Shown in pieces: positions 19,581 through 29,496 of a DNA stretch of 58,807 nt. This DNA comes from a virus (taxonomy: Duplodnaviria > Caudoviricetes). Made by a program: the position numbers and the translations under genes. The notes under the pieces were generated by a model that saw only the letters and a list, made by a program, of their open reading frames with translations, was not told the origin of the DNA and did not search any database. Position 1 is the stretch's first letter. Each line of letters starts with the position of its first letter. The stretch lies in the IMG/VR virus record IMGVR_UViG_3300017540_000003, positions 1 to 58,807 of that record; one strand, 5' to 3'.

Positions 19581-20531
19581 CTAGTCACCCCAGACCTCGA
19601 CAACCTCGATACCGGCCTTCGCCGCGCGCGCCATGCAATCCTTTGTGCCCTTGTTGGCCGCTGACCGCTTCAGGAATGCCAGGCAGATATCCGCCCCCGA
19701 GTCAACCATCCGCTGGTTCCGCTCGAATCCTGCTGCACGGTTGTATGCGCCACTTTCCTTGCGATCCCAGAGCGCTGGATGAACCTCCACCGAAGCGTTA
19801 TCAGCCTTGGACGCCAGCAAGCCAGCAATGTGATCCGCCCCCTGAGCGCCACCCTCGACGATCCGCATGTGAGCGCCGCCTGCCATCTTGCGAGCACTCA
19901 ACAAAGCGCCACGCATGGTCTGAACGTCCGGATGAAGTTGCTCATACCAGTCCTCCCGGATTCGCTTATACTTCTTGCCGGGAACCTGCTCGTAAAGCTC
20001 GGAAGCCCACTCTCTCGACCCCGTAACGAGAACCCGGTAGGCGGGGGGCTGCGCCAGAACCCAATCCTCACACTCGCGCTGGATTTTCATCCACTCAGAC
20101 GAGGTGATCTTTCGGCTGCATGTCTGCCCCCTGTTGGAGTGCTTGTACCAATACGCCTGGAAACCCGTTTCAAAGTGGTGGAAGTTCGGCGGGCACTCAT
20201 CCTCATGCCCCTCTTGCTCCCCGTCGCACCAGCAGTAAGCGCGCATGGCAAATGGTGCACCAGGCAGATCGTGAATCCACCCAGAGTTACTTGTGGCATA
20301 CATGTCATAAGACGCATACGTGCCATATTCTTGGCGCACCTCACGAACCCCGTAGATATGCTCGGAGATCATCTTGTCGATGGCGACGATTCCCGCACTA
20401 ACATGCCCCGGCGTCGGAAAGCCGTCGTAGTAGCCCTGCACTATCTGCCCCAACTCAGGCGTGTAGCGCTCAGTCACCGTCGGTTCATCGCTCAACAGTC
20501 CACCCCCTTCCTCGCAGCCAGTCCACCACAA
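19581..20531 (-). CDS. SLOG-family (DUF2493/YspA-like) protein fused to an unknown N-terminal domain
   Basis: RVLVTGSREW, IVEGGAQGAD, AAGFERNQRMV, GTKDC. Confidence 0.75.
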   Translation of the reverse strand: MWWTGCEEGGGLLSDEPTVTERYTPELGQIVQGYYDGFPTPGHVSAGIVAIDKMISEHIYGVREVRQEYGTYASYDMYATSNSGWIHDLPGAPFAMRAYCWCDGEQEGHEDECPPNFHHFETGFQAYWYKHSNRGQTCSRKITSSEWMKIQRECEDWVLAQPPAYRVLVTGSREWASELYEQVPGKKYKRIREDWYEQLHPDVQTMRGALLSARKMAGGAHMRIVEGGAQGADHIAGLLASKADNASVEVHPALWDRKESGAYNRAAGFERNQRMVDSGADICLAFLKRSAANKGTKDCMARAAKAGIEVVEVWGD

Positions 20532-21083
20532 TCGGCTCCAGCACTGCGTCCTCCTTCTCGCGCATACCCTTCATGAACTCCGAGACTAGCGATTGAACGT
20601 CAAGGGTCGCACTGAACTTGAGGTCATTGTCAATCCATGTAGCGCCTGGCTCAATGTAGGAGTGCGATGGTGGCACAAATTCAGAGTCCCAGTACCCCAC
20701 CCTAGTCATGCACCTCGACCTCCGTTCGGTGATCCATCTCGATGCTTGTGACAACGCTGAGGATCGTCTTGTCTGACGTGTGCTCGGCGTGGCGCAGCAG
20801 AAAGTCGTGCCCGTCAATGGTGATTCGCTTGCCCGCATCGGAGGGCGTCAATCCGCGCACCCAGATTTTGCGTTCGTTCACAGGATCACCACCTTTCCAT
20901 CGCCCGCATACAGGGCATATTCGTGACTGTCCCATTGTGAGGGGCCAATGTATCGCAGGTCGCCCTCCCTTATTCGAGGACTCACGGCATTCATACTTTC
21001 ACTGATAACGGGCGAGTTCCCGTAACCCTGATCGACCAGTTTCTGAAACCTATTACGCATTTGGCGCACCGTCAGCGGCTTGC

Positions 21084-21461
21084 TCACAGCTTCACCACCC
21101 CGTAGCCATCACCGTCTACGCTGAACACGATCTTCACTAGTCCTGCCTCCTTTAATGCTTGCCTACAATTAGCGCACGGTGCGCTGAGGGCCGTCTGGCC
21201 GTTCTTTGCAACCCGTGCAACGAACAGTGTAGTGCGTGAATCCACCTCGCGCAACTGCCGAAGCACCGCAATCTCCGCGTGGAAACTCGACTCCCGCTTC
21301 GGGTCGGACGCCACCGTCGGGTGACACCGGAAGCTGTTCACGCCCACTGCGATGATGCGAGCGCCGATAGCTGCCACCGCGCCATGACGCTGCCTGCATG
21401 TTGAGGTGGACGCAATCCGAGCCGCCCGCTCTAGGTGCCGCTGTTCAGTCCTGGTCAGCAT
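21084..21461 (-). CDS. Zinc-dependent cytidine/dCMP deaminase-like protein
   Basis: RQRHGAV, GVN, HAE and PCANC motifs. Confidence 0.8.
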   Translation of the reverse strand: MLTRTEQRHLERAARIASTSTCRQRHGAVAAIGARIIAVGVNSFRCHPTVASDPKRESSFHAEIAVLRQLREVDSRTTLFVARVAKNGQTALSAPCANCRQALKEAGLVKIVFSVDGDGYGVVKL

Positions 21462-22726
21462 CGTCCTCGACCAGCCGGTCGCTGATCCGTACAAAGTGCC
21501 CCAGCATCTGCCACCGCCAAGCTAGTCGCATTGCAGACCGGAGAGTCTTGCGAGTTCCGCGTCCGGTCATGGAACCAGAACTCAGTCCGCTCCATACCAG
21601 ATAGCGACCCCCTACCGTTCGAGGGGCAGGGTCTCCTTTGTAAATATCTCGCACGCCGTACAAATCCAGGAGTTCGCCCCGGCTGTTCCGCTGAACCCAA
21701 GGAGCCCTACGCGCCTCATCTGGTCGCGTTGACATCTTGCTCAAATCGTTCCTGCTCATCAACCCTCTCCTTTACCGTCGGTGCCACCAGTGCGCGCCTT
21801 GATAGACAGGCCCCCCTCGACTGCCTCCGGCTTGCCCGTGACGCCGATCTGCGTCCTATTGCCATCTTCGTCATAGTAGACAACGGGGAGACCTTCGCGC
21901 ATCTCTAGGAATGCTTGCTGGACGGTCTCCGTGGGGTAGAAGAAGGTCAACTCCTTCTCAGCCATCAACTCTCCCTTCCGCAAGCGACTCCAGCCGCTCC
22001 TTCACTCCACCATTACCTGCCCATAGCACCGCAGGGCTCTTGTCGATCAACTCGATAATAGCGCGGATTGTTTCCTTGTCAAGCATCACCACGAATGCCT
22101 AACTTCGCTGCATGGTTCTCCACTGTATTCATCGCCTTCGATATAGTCGCACACTATCCAGACGTATTCTTCAACTCTACCCGCCAGTGCCGGATTGAAG
22201 AGTCCGCTGAATCTCACGGTCTCGGTCTCTGACCAGTGTGTCGATACGGGGTGACCGCACGAGCAGACCCTCTCCGGAGCGTCTGGGAGTTGGCTAGCCA
22301 TCGTCCCTCAAATCCAGCACCGGCTCGTCAAACGCTCGCTGCATCAACTCGAAGTCGGCACGCAACTCGGCAAGCGTCTCCCCGTGGGGTCTTGCCTCAT
22401 CCACATTCCATGAAATCTTGCCATCCGAGTCGGTGTAGACCTCCCGGATCGCATAGAAGTCCTCCATTCCACCGTTGAAATGGTGCGTCGTCCCGCGCGT
22501 CACTCGGTATCGCCAGGTCACTTCTCTACCCCCATCCCACTCATCGCAATCGGCCCCTCGCTGCCGTCTGTCACGCCGTTGAGCACGCGGCACAGCCACT
22601 CCACTTCGTTGCGAGCCCGGTCGATAGTCCACTCGGGCGCAGGGTCGGCCCATAGCGTCAGCCGCAGAGCGCCCAGCGGTTCGCGCCACGCCTCCGGGTT
22701 ACGTCCGAAGACCTGCTTGTAGTCGC

Positions 22727-23158
22727 TCACTTCAGCATCCATTCTGCCCGCCCTGCATCAAACTCCTCCAGGTCACGTTTCGCCCACTCGACATGTGATT
22801 TTGCTGCCTCCATTTTGCGCTCGGCCTCCTCAATCGCATCAATAAGATTCTGGCGCACAACCTCACGCTGAGGAACTGCACCCTTGCGCACGTAGTTCTC
22901 TACCTGAAGTTTGTGTTGATGCGTTATGTAGAAACGGTCTTCCCGGGCATACTTGCTGATGTCGTCCACGGGCTCAACGTCGCCCAAGTTGAAGAGCAGT
23001 TCGGCATTCTCGATCTCGTCAACCCAGAGCGAAGTCGGCTGATATGTCCAGAATGTATCAAACGCCACGCCGTTTGGCTGGATGACCGCCTGGCCTTCTC
23101 GCGCGTGTCGATCCCGCGGGGTGTATTGGATAACATCACCCGCCTTGAACTTGCTCAC
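22727..23158 (-). CDS. Hypothetical protein
   Basis: GTGA-coupled, GGAGG RBS. Confidence 0.6.
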   Translation of the reverse strand: MSKFKAGDVIQYTPRDRHAREGQAVIQPNGVAFDTFWTYQPTSLWVDEIENAELLFNLGDVEPVDDISKYAREDRFYITHQHKLQVENYVRKGAVPQREVVRQNLIDAIEEAERKMEAAKSHVEWAKRDLEEFDAGRAEWMLK

Positions 23159-23485
23159 TCCGGAACCTCCTTAACGTTAGTGCCCAGCGTTCGGCTGAGC
23201 CATTGCTCGTAGCCGAAGACGCGGTTGTCATCGACAACGCCACAGTACCACCGCAGAAGCACCACCGCAAGGTTCGAACGGTCAAGTTCTTCGGGGCTCT
23301 TGCGAACCAGCGCATACTCCGCGCAGAAATCAGGGTGGTCACCGAATGCAACGAGTTTCCCGCAGCCCGGTGAGGCTTCGGTGGGCTGCAACTGGATGCG
23401 CGCCAGCTGAGGGTCGCTCTGCTTCGCGCGGCGAAATACCTGCGAGTAGGGTCGCCACGCATCGAGGGATGAAACGTAGAGGGGA

Positions 23486-25903
23486 CTACTCATCGCTCTC
23501 TCCTTCCCCACGGTAGCCGTAGCGATTGCCGTGCTCGCGGTTTTTTGCATCGAACACAAGATACCCCTGCCGGATGCACCAGTCAATACGGTCGGCCCAC
23601 TCCTTGTTGTTGTAACGCGAAAAGCGGTTGGACAGCCTCCGCTCGCTGATCCACGGGTTCGCAGCCCGACGCACGTAGTCAGCGATTTCCCGAGCCTCGC
23701 GCTCGAACGCGGACGCACTCACCTGGCTGATAGCGTAGATCAGACCGTCCACCCAGGTCTCCATTTGCTCCAGAGCACCATACACGTCCACCATCTCAAT
23801 GCGGGTCGAACCCCGAGAGGCGGCCAGAAGCGCCGTACACTTCCGCAGCACATCCTTCATGCGGCGGTAGGACTGACCAGCAATCTCCCAGTCCGTGCGC
23901 TCTTGCAGGATTTGACGCATGTCCATGTTCGCCTGGCGAATGCGCTCCAGCACTGCCCGCTCCGCAGCCCGGTACGCCACACGGCTGCCCAGCCGCCCGG
24001 AAATCTCTTTCAACTCTTCCACGAGTTCCATCGTCGCCGGGTGCTTACCGCGAGGAGCAACTGACGAATCCTCCATCTCGTCAACATCCTCCTCCTCATC
24101 GTTCGCGGGTTCACCGTAAGACCAGAGGAACCGGGCCAGGAAGCCGGAGTTGAACTGCTTGGTGGTCATTGACTCGAACAAGCGCTCCGGGGTGGCGAAG
24201 AACTGCGTCACCAGGAAGCAGGGGCCGCCCTCCTGGTTCTGTCCACGCTTCTTGACGGGGCCGACCCAGCCGTCATACCAGTCGGTGATCCTCCCCTCCA
24301 GCTTCGCCTGCCAAGAGCCGGGACGGGTGAGTTCCGCATAGAACGTCGCCGCCTCGTCACTGTTGAAGAATGCGGGGTCACCATTGCGGTTCAGCAAGTC
24401 CTCATGCATCTGCTCCGTGCTCGCCTCGCTACCGAAGTCAAACCCTCCGTCGGGCGCAAAGAACTCACGCAGAAACTCGCGCCGCATCTTCAGGGCACTG
24501 GTCTTACCGGAACCCGAGTCGCCCGTCACGTTCTGGAATAGGTTCAGGTTCAGCATGTCGCCCTTAACCACGGCCCACCCGGTAGGCCCGTAGGCCAGAC
24601 TCAGAATCGTCCACGCGCACGAACGGTGGTACGGCTCGTTGATATACGCAAACCGCTCCTCGGCCACATCGACGTACCGATGCACGAAGTTCGGCCTCTG
24701 CGCCAGGTACTCACGCTCCGCATCCGTCAAGAGCGCAATCGAGCCTTCAGGCTTGCTTTCGACTTCATCTAGTCCCGCGGCTTGACGCTCCTCAACCTTC
24801 GCGGCTTCACGACGCTCGGACTCCACCTCGGCAGCAACGTCGTTCACGCGGTCTGAGCAGAACTCGATACCCCAACTACGAGACAGCGCCTTGGTGGTTG
24901 CGGCCTGCCACACCAGCGCCAGCGCGTCCTCCGGCTCGAAACCGTTACGGAGCGCGGTCTTTGCTAGGCGGAACCAGTGCGCCTCGGGCTTCTTCGCAGC
25001 CGCATCCGATGCCATCGCCAGGTCGAGCACGGCACGCTCAGCCAGCAGCTCAGCCAACGGCGGGAACGCGGCAATACGCTCGTCCAGCGCCCCCGCCTTC
25101 TTGATCGCACCATCGACGGCCTTATCAAAGCTGTAGCGGTTGTCGGGCGTATCCCAGGGGTCGCGCAACCATTCGTCACGCAGAAGTTCCAGCGCGTGCC
25201 GGACACCCATGCGCCCTTCGCTGCCCAGGCGCACCAGTTCCCAGACCCGCTCCACCATCTCCGTGTGACCGAAGTCGTAGTCGGGAATGCGGGTGATAGC
25301 GTCCAGCACGCGGTCGTCAGGCTGCTCGTCCGAGTCGGGGAGCGAGTTCAGCCAATCATCCAGACCGCCCTCAAACGCAGAGCCGACGTGGGACTTGGCG
25401 GGCTCGCACAGCCAGTCGGGAGCCGGGGCGAACGCGTCACGGGAGGCGGGTACGGTGTCGCTATACCAGCCGATCCAAGAACTCCCCCCGCGCACATCGA
25501 GACCCGCAAAGCCCTGGTAGTCCGTGGACGGGGCGAGGTGAACCCCCTCGGGCGCAGCGTAGATGTAATGCACTCCGCCATTGGGGGTTTGCTGGGTGAA
25601 AGTCTCGGGGAAATCTAGCCAGCCCTCGCTCGACTCGAACCCGTTCTTCGAGTTCTTCCGATCCAGGTCGGCTACCACCAGGCCCGACGCGCCTACGTGT
25701 ACGCCGATTTGCACATCTGCTCCGGGGAACTCCGAGAGGAACCACGTGGCAATCTGCTCGGGGTCGGTGGTCGCTGCGAGGTGGCCATTGGGGGTCAGCG
25801 GGGTCTTGGCCTCTTTGCCGTCCCGGATGATCGTGCGCCAGGGAAACACATGCAGGCCGATCTTAGTGGCAGCGATGGCCCGCTCGAAGTTTTCCTGCGT
25901 CAC
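23486..25903 (-). CDS. Bifunctional primase-polymerase fused to a P-loop helicase-like domain
   Basis: LHVFP, KTPL, ATTD, VADLD, TPNGGVHY, DVRG; GDSGSGKT Walker A; SDEA. Confidence 0.85.
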   Translation of the reverse strand: MTQENFERAIAATKIGLHVFPWRTIIRDGKEAKTPLTPNGHLAATTDPEQIATWFLSEFPGADVQIGVHVGASGLVVADLDRKNSKNGFESSEGWLDFPETFTQQTPNGGVHYIYAAPEGVHLAPSTDYQGFAGLDVRGGSSWIGWYSDTVPASRDAFAPAPDWLCEPAKSHVGSAFEGGLDDWLNSLPDSDEQPDDRVLDAITRIPDYDFGHTEMVERVWELVRLGSEGRMGVRHALELLRDEWLRDPWDTPDNRYSFDKAVDGAIKKAGALDERIAAFPPLAELLAERAVLDLAMASDAAAKKPEAHWFRLAKTALRNGFEPEDALALVWQAATTKALSRSWGIEFCSDRVNDVAAEVESERREAAKVEERQAAGLDEVESKPEGSIALLTDAEREYLAQRPNFVHRYVDVAEERFAYINEPYHRSCAWTILSLAYGPTGWAVVKGDMLNLNLFQNVTGDSGSGKTSALKMRREFLREFFAPDGGFDFGSEASTEQMHEDLLNRNGDPAFFNSDEAATFYAELTRPGSWQAKLEGRITDWYDGWVGPVKKRGQNQEGGPCFLVTQFFATPERLFESMTTKQFNSGFLARFLWSYGEPANDEEEDVDEMEDSSVAPRGKHPATMELVEELKEISGRLGSRVAYRAAERAVLERIRQANMDMRQILQERTDWEIAGQSYRRMKDVLRKCTALLAASRGSTRIEMVDVYGALEQMETWVDGLIYAISQVSASAFEREAREIADYVRRAANPWISERRLSNRFSRYNNKEWADRIDWCIRQGYLVFDAKNREHGNRYGYRGEGESDE

Positions 25904-26108
25904 GTATGAACCCTCCCTGTTGCCGAATGTCTAGACTAGCGTATCTCCCTGTGCGTTACGTATTCCGCTCGATGCGGGCTCCTTGGGGCGGCGAGTGGTT
26001 CAGGTGGCTGTTCTCACGCTTCAGCTTGCCTGCATTACCGCGTAATTGACCGCTCGCTCTCTGCGGAGGTTGCAACTCCCCACCGGCTTCCGGAAGGGCT
26101 CCGCATTG

Positions 26109-26215
26109 TGGAATCGTGGCGACTCGAACGCCAAACCTTCGGTGAACCTTCCCCATCCGTCGATGGATCAGGAGTGCACTTTTCACCGCTGCTCTTCCGA
26201 TTGAGCTTCGATCCC
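26109..26215 (-). ncRNA. tRNA-like RNA with intact acceptor, D and T arms but an expanded anticodon arm
   Basis: GGGATCG/CGATTCC; GCTC-AATCGGAA-GAGC; TGGCG-TTCGAGT-CGCCA; CGGTGAA/TTCACCG encloses 35 nt. Confidence 0.7.
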
Positions 26216-26232
26216 TTGTTTAGTTAGGTGCA

Positions 26233-26332
26233 GTGTTATGGTGGCGATGGAATCGAACCATCTAACGGTAGCGAACCGTGCCGCCCTCGGCTTCGTGGGA
26301 ATCGAACCCTGTCACCCAGACCACCACAACAC
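26233..26332 (-). ncRNA. Structured RNA with three T-loop-like hairpins
   Basis: Closing stem GTGTTGTGGTGG/CCACCATAACAC; loops TTCGATT, TTCGCTA, TTCGATT. Confidence 0.6.
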
Positions 26333-26336
26333 CGCG

Positions 26337-26409
26337 TGCCAATCCCGAGATTCGAACTCGGACTGTGCGCATTTTGAGTGCGCTGCCTCTGCCGTTGGGC
26401 TAGATTGGC
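26337..26409 (-). tRNA. tRNA-Leu(CAA), short variable loop, CCA not encoded
   Basis: GCCAATC/GATTGGC acceptor; GCGCA-CTCAAAA-TGCGC; CCGAG-TTCGAAT-CTCGG. Confidence 0.9.
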
Positions 26410-26486
26410 GGGTGGCATACTCTCCGAACGTTCCACGGCCAAGGGAACAATGACGCCGTTCCGGAGGCCCCGTATGCCAGGGGGGT

Positions 26487-26657
26487 CTATGAAGTTTTAG
26501 GTGCCCGTTTCCAACGCTATCCCCCGTTAGAGGAAGTAACATAATTGGCAAGACGATGGGCTTCGCCACGGTTCGCGGGATTGCAACCTCCCCAACCGCG
26601 TTCGCCGTCCTAGTTGCACTCAGGCGACCACTGCTATGAAGTTTTAGGTGCCCGTTT
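26487..26657. repeat. 24-bp exact direct repeat at 26487-26510 and 26634-26657
   Basis: CTATGAAGTTTTAGGTGCCCGTTT occurs twice, each followed downstream by CGATGGGCTTCG. Confidence 0.9.
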
Positions 26658-27120
26658 TCTTGCACCGATGGGCTTCGGCTCCTCCCCAATATCCTGCAAC
26701 CAGGGGCTACAGCGAGGCCAGAGGCAGGTTCCTTCAGTCTACTCCACGTTCAGCAGGCTGTCAACATTATAGCCGCGATCCTTCAGCGCACGAATTCGCT
26801 TTTTGGTCGAAGGCTGACGCCAGCCATTCTTCGGGTCGAAGATCAGCGACTCGAACCACGCGCGCTCGATCAACGGCGTGCCGGTCTTGGGGGTGCGCTC
26901 GAACTTGAGGCCAGCGCGCTTCCGGGCCTTGCGCTCGGCTGTGCTCATGCTGTCACCTCGCGAGGAACCTGCGCAGCAATCCATCCAGCAAAGAACCCGT
27001 CGCGATGTGCTTCCGTGATCGCAATGACTGATTCCTGAATGTACCGGTCCGGGGTGATATTTTCATTGACCCTAAACACCCGGAGCGCCCGCTCGTATGC
27101 GATTTCGAAGTCGCTCACGA

Positions 27121-27516
27121 TCAGAACGCCTCGTCGCCAGCGTCGGGCGTAAACCCGTCGCCCTTGGATTCAAGCACGGTTACCGTACCGAAGCGCAGCG
27201 TGATGCCGAGCTTGGTGTTGCCGTCCTTGTCCTTGTACTCACGCACCTCCTGCTTGGCGTCCTCCACGCGAACCTTGTCGCCCTTCTTGATCGGAGCCAG
27301 CACGTTCTGTGCGTAGTCGGAAGCGCCCGTGATGGTGTAGACGGTCGTTCCGGTCTTTACCCACTCGCCGTCCTTCTTATAGCCCTCATCAAGCATGATC
27401 GGAACCTCCAGGATTCCGCGAGCCCCCTCCTTGTCGTAAGCAGGCGGGCGTGCGTCTGATCCGGCCCTCCCGACAACGGTTACGTTTGCCCCAAAGTAGT
27501 TGTTCTCGTTCACCAT
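27121..27516 (-). CDS. ssb: Single-stranded DNA-binding protein
   Basis: NVTVVGRAG, IKKGDKVRV, EYKDKDG; acidic tail ending DEAF. Confidence 0.8.
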   Translation of the reverse strand: MVNENNYFGANVTVVGRAGSDARPPAYDKEGARGILEVPIMLDEGYKKDGEWVKTGTTVYTITGASDYAQNVLAPIKKGDKVRVEDAKQEVREYKDKDGNTKLGITLRFGTVTVLESKGDGFTPDAGDEAF

Positions 27517-28587
27517 TTACTTTTCCTCCTTGCTGTTAGTGTACTGCTTCACTTTACGCTCCGCTTCCTTCGCTGTCAAGTAGCCGAGGAAGGCTTCGTA
27601 GTGCAGGGCGATTTCCTGCGGGTCGATGTAGTGGATGTCATAGTACGCGGGCGTCCCATCGTCATCCGTTGGCCGGAATTGAAGAATAGCATACCGCGAG
27701 AACTCGGGCACAACATCCTCCATCCACCACGTAGTCGGCTTGTCCTTCCGCTTGTAGGCTACCGCATCCTCTAGTGGAAGAACAAATGAGCCGTTGATCG
27801 TTGTAATCTCACCGTCAATGTCCAGGTTCACTTCTTCTCCAAACCAGGACATGATCTGATAACTCGAATCACCCTGCTCCTCAATCCTTGCGCGCACCAC
27901 AGGATCACCACCCTGCCACATGTAGTTTCCGCGCTCTAGTGGATTGACCCGACGCAGCCATACAGGGGCCGCACCGAGCGCACCGAGTTGCTGAAGGTGT
28001 GCATCCTGAACGCGACGTGAGGTTTTCCAGTCGCACAAGGTGGGAACACCATCAATGCGTGCCAGGAGGTCAAGCGTACCCGCGTAGCCCACGGGGTTGT
28101 AAACCGTCTGCTCCGTGAAGATCGGCTCCACATCATGCTCGGCCAGAAATAGTTCAAACTGCTCAGCCAACTCGTACTGCCAGTCGGCCTCCGGCTCCCG
28201 CTCGGGGAACTCGCCCAACAGCATCGACTCCGCGTAGTTATGGAACCATGTCCCCAGGTCGGCGGCATCGTTCAGAACATAGCCGTGCCAGTTGCGAAGG
28301 TCGGGGTCGGAATCCAGCTTCGGCTCGTTCTTCCACCGCCACCGAAGGAAACCATACCCTTCGGTCTCGCTCCTATTTAGCAGGGCGTCTACGTTGGCAA
28401 CGGCGAACGCCGCAGTATTGTCGGCAACCCACTGACGCAACCCCGGCTTATCTGCCGCGCCGGTGATCGTGGTAACGCCTGCAACGACTCGGTTACCATC
28501 GGTGGGAATCTTGTAGCCGGAGCCACCGTGCCCAGAGCCTCGAACCCGGAGGATCGGCTGCCCGCCCTCGGTTGCGGGGAGTATCAC
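27517..28587 (-). CDS. Cas4/RecB-like PD-(D/E)XK exonuclease
   Basis: GVTTI, GTWFH, YAGTLD, DWKTS, QQLGA. Confidence 0.8.
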   Translation of the reverse strand: MILPATEGGQPILRVRGSGHGGSGYKIPTDGNRVVAGVTTITGAADKPGLRQWVADNTAAFAVANVDALLNRSETEGYGFLRWRWKNEPKLDSDPDLRNWHGYVLNDAADLGTWFHNYAESMLLGEFPEREPEADWQYELAEQFELFLAEHDVEPIFTEQTVYNPVGYAGTLDLLARIDGVPTLCDWKTSRRVQDAHLQQLGALGAAPVWLRRVNPLERGNYMWQGGDPVVRARIEEQGDSSYQIMSWFGEEVNLDIDGEITTINGSFVLPLEDAVAYKRKDKPTTWWMEDVVPEFSRYAILQFRPTDDDGTPAYYDIHYIDPQEIALHYEAFLGYLTAKEAERKVKQYTNSKEEK

Positions 28588-29273
28588 TCCACCTCGCCCG
28601 CTTCAAGCGCCTTCAGTACGCCACTCAGCACCTCGATATCGTTCACCCACTCGGACTTCTGCTTGCCCGAGATGCGGTTGCCGACCTTCTCGTAGTCCGC
28701 CACGCCGCCGCCGTTCTTCACCGCCGCCAGGATCGCGGTACGGTACTCGCCAGCGGTCGTCGGGCTGCCCGTGGACTTGCGGGTCGCCTGCCCGCCGCCC
28801 TGCGCCTTTGCGATCTTCGCCTGGGCGGGGCTGGATGACTCCTCCGGTACGCCATTCTTTGCCGCATCCTCAACAGACTGCTCGGTAATGAGGAAGGTTC
28901 GCAGCAGTGCGTTCTTCAGTGCATTGGTGGACGCAATATTTGATGCAACAGCGGTTCCCGTTGCCAGCCCATCGCCCGTGCCGCTCACGGTGAGACTGGA
29001 GCCGTCCTCGGCGCTGACGATTGTGTACTCGCCGGTCACCACAATGGAAACCTGAAGCCGGTTGTTCGCCTGAATGTTCTCATGCTTCACCACCGTTTCC
29101 TTCGGGAGGAAGATCAGGTTGTTCTCAACGAACTTGCGCTTCACCTCTGCCGCGATGTCGTGAGCTGTAATGTACGGCTTGCCACCCATGTTGCCGGGGA
29201 GCACGCCGTTCTTTTCGACCGAGAGGTGCTTCAGCGTGTTCGCCACACCCTCATAAACCTTGCCTGTTGCCAT
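28584..29273 (-). CDS. ERF-family single-strand annealing protein
   Basis: VEKNG, GTGDG, IASTNALKNALLRTFLI; adjacent to exonuclease and SSB. Confidence 0.7.
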   Translation of the reverse strand: MATGKVYEGVANTLKHLSVEKNGVLPGNMGGKPYITAHDIAAEVKRKFVENNLIFLPKETVVKHENIQANNRLQVSIVVTGEYTIVSAEDGSSLTVSGTGDGLATGTAVASNIASTNALKNALLRTFLITEQSVEDAAKNGVPEESSSPAQAKIAKAQGGGQATRKSTGSPTTAGEYRTAILAAVKNGGGVADYEKVGNRISGKQKSEWVNDIEVLSGVLKALEAGEVE

Positions 29274-29496
29274 AGTTACTTCTCCTCCTTGTATCCTGCG
29301 GGCCAGAACCCGATCCAGTCGTCAAACCATTCGATTGTTCCGACTATCCGATTCGAACCATCTAGTCGCACTGGGATGACGAAATCCAGCGTAACGCCGG
29401 GCGTGTCATTGTAGAACGTGGAATCCTTCAATTGCTCGCTCACGGAGTCTAGCGCATCGGCAATCGCGCGCAAGTCACCCGGCGCGAATGGGATTT

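Noticed and set aside
26109-26215. Ordinary intron-containing tRNA
   Set aside because: No canonical anticodon loop is restored by excision, and the insert is too short for a group I intron.
26487-26657. CRISPR array or c-di-GMP riboswitch
   Set aside because: Only two repeat copies 147 bp apart and no cas operon; the GGGCACCTAAAA resemblance lacks the rest of a riboswitch consensus.
27517-28587. Cas4 as evidence of CRISPR-Cas
   Set aside because: It is a stand-alone phage exonuclease in an ERF/SSB recombination module.
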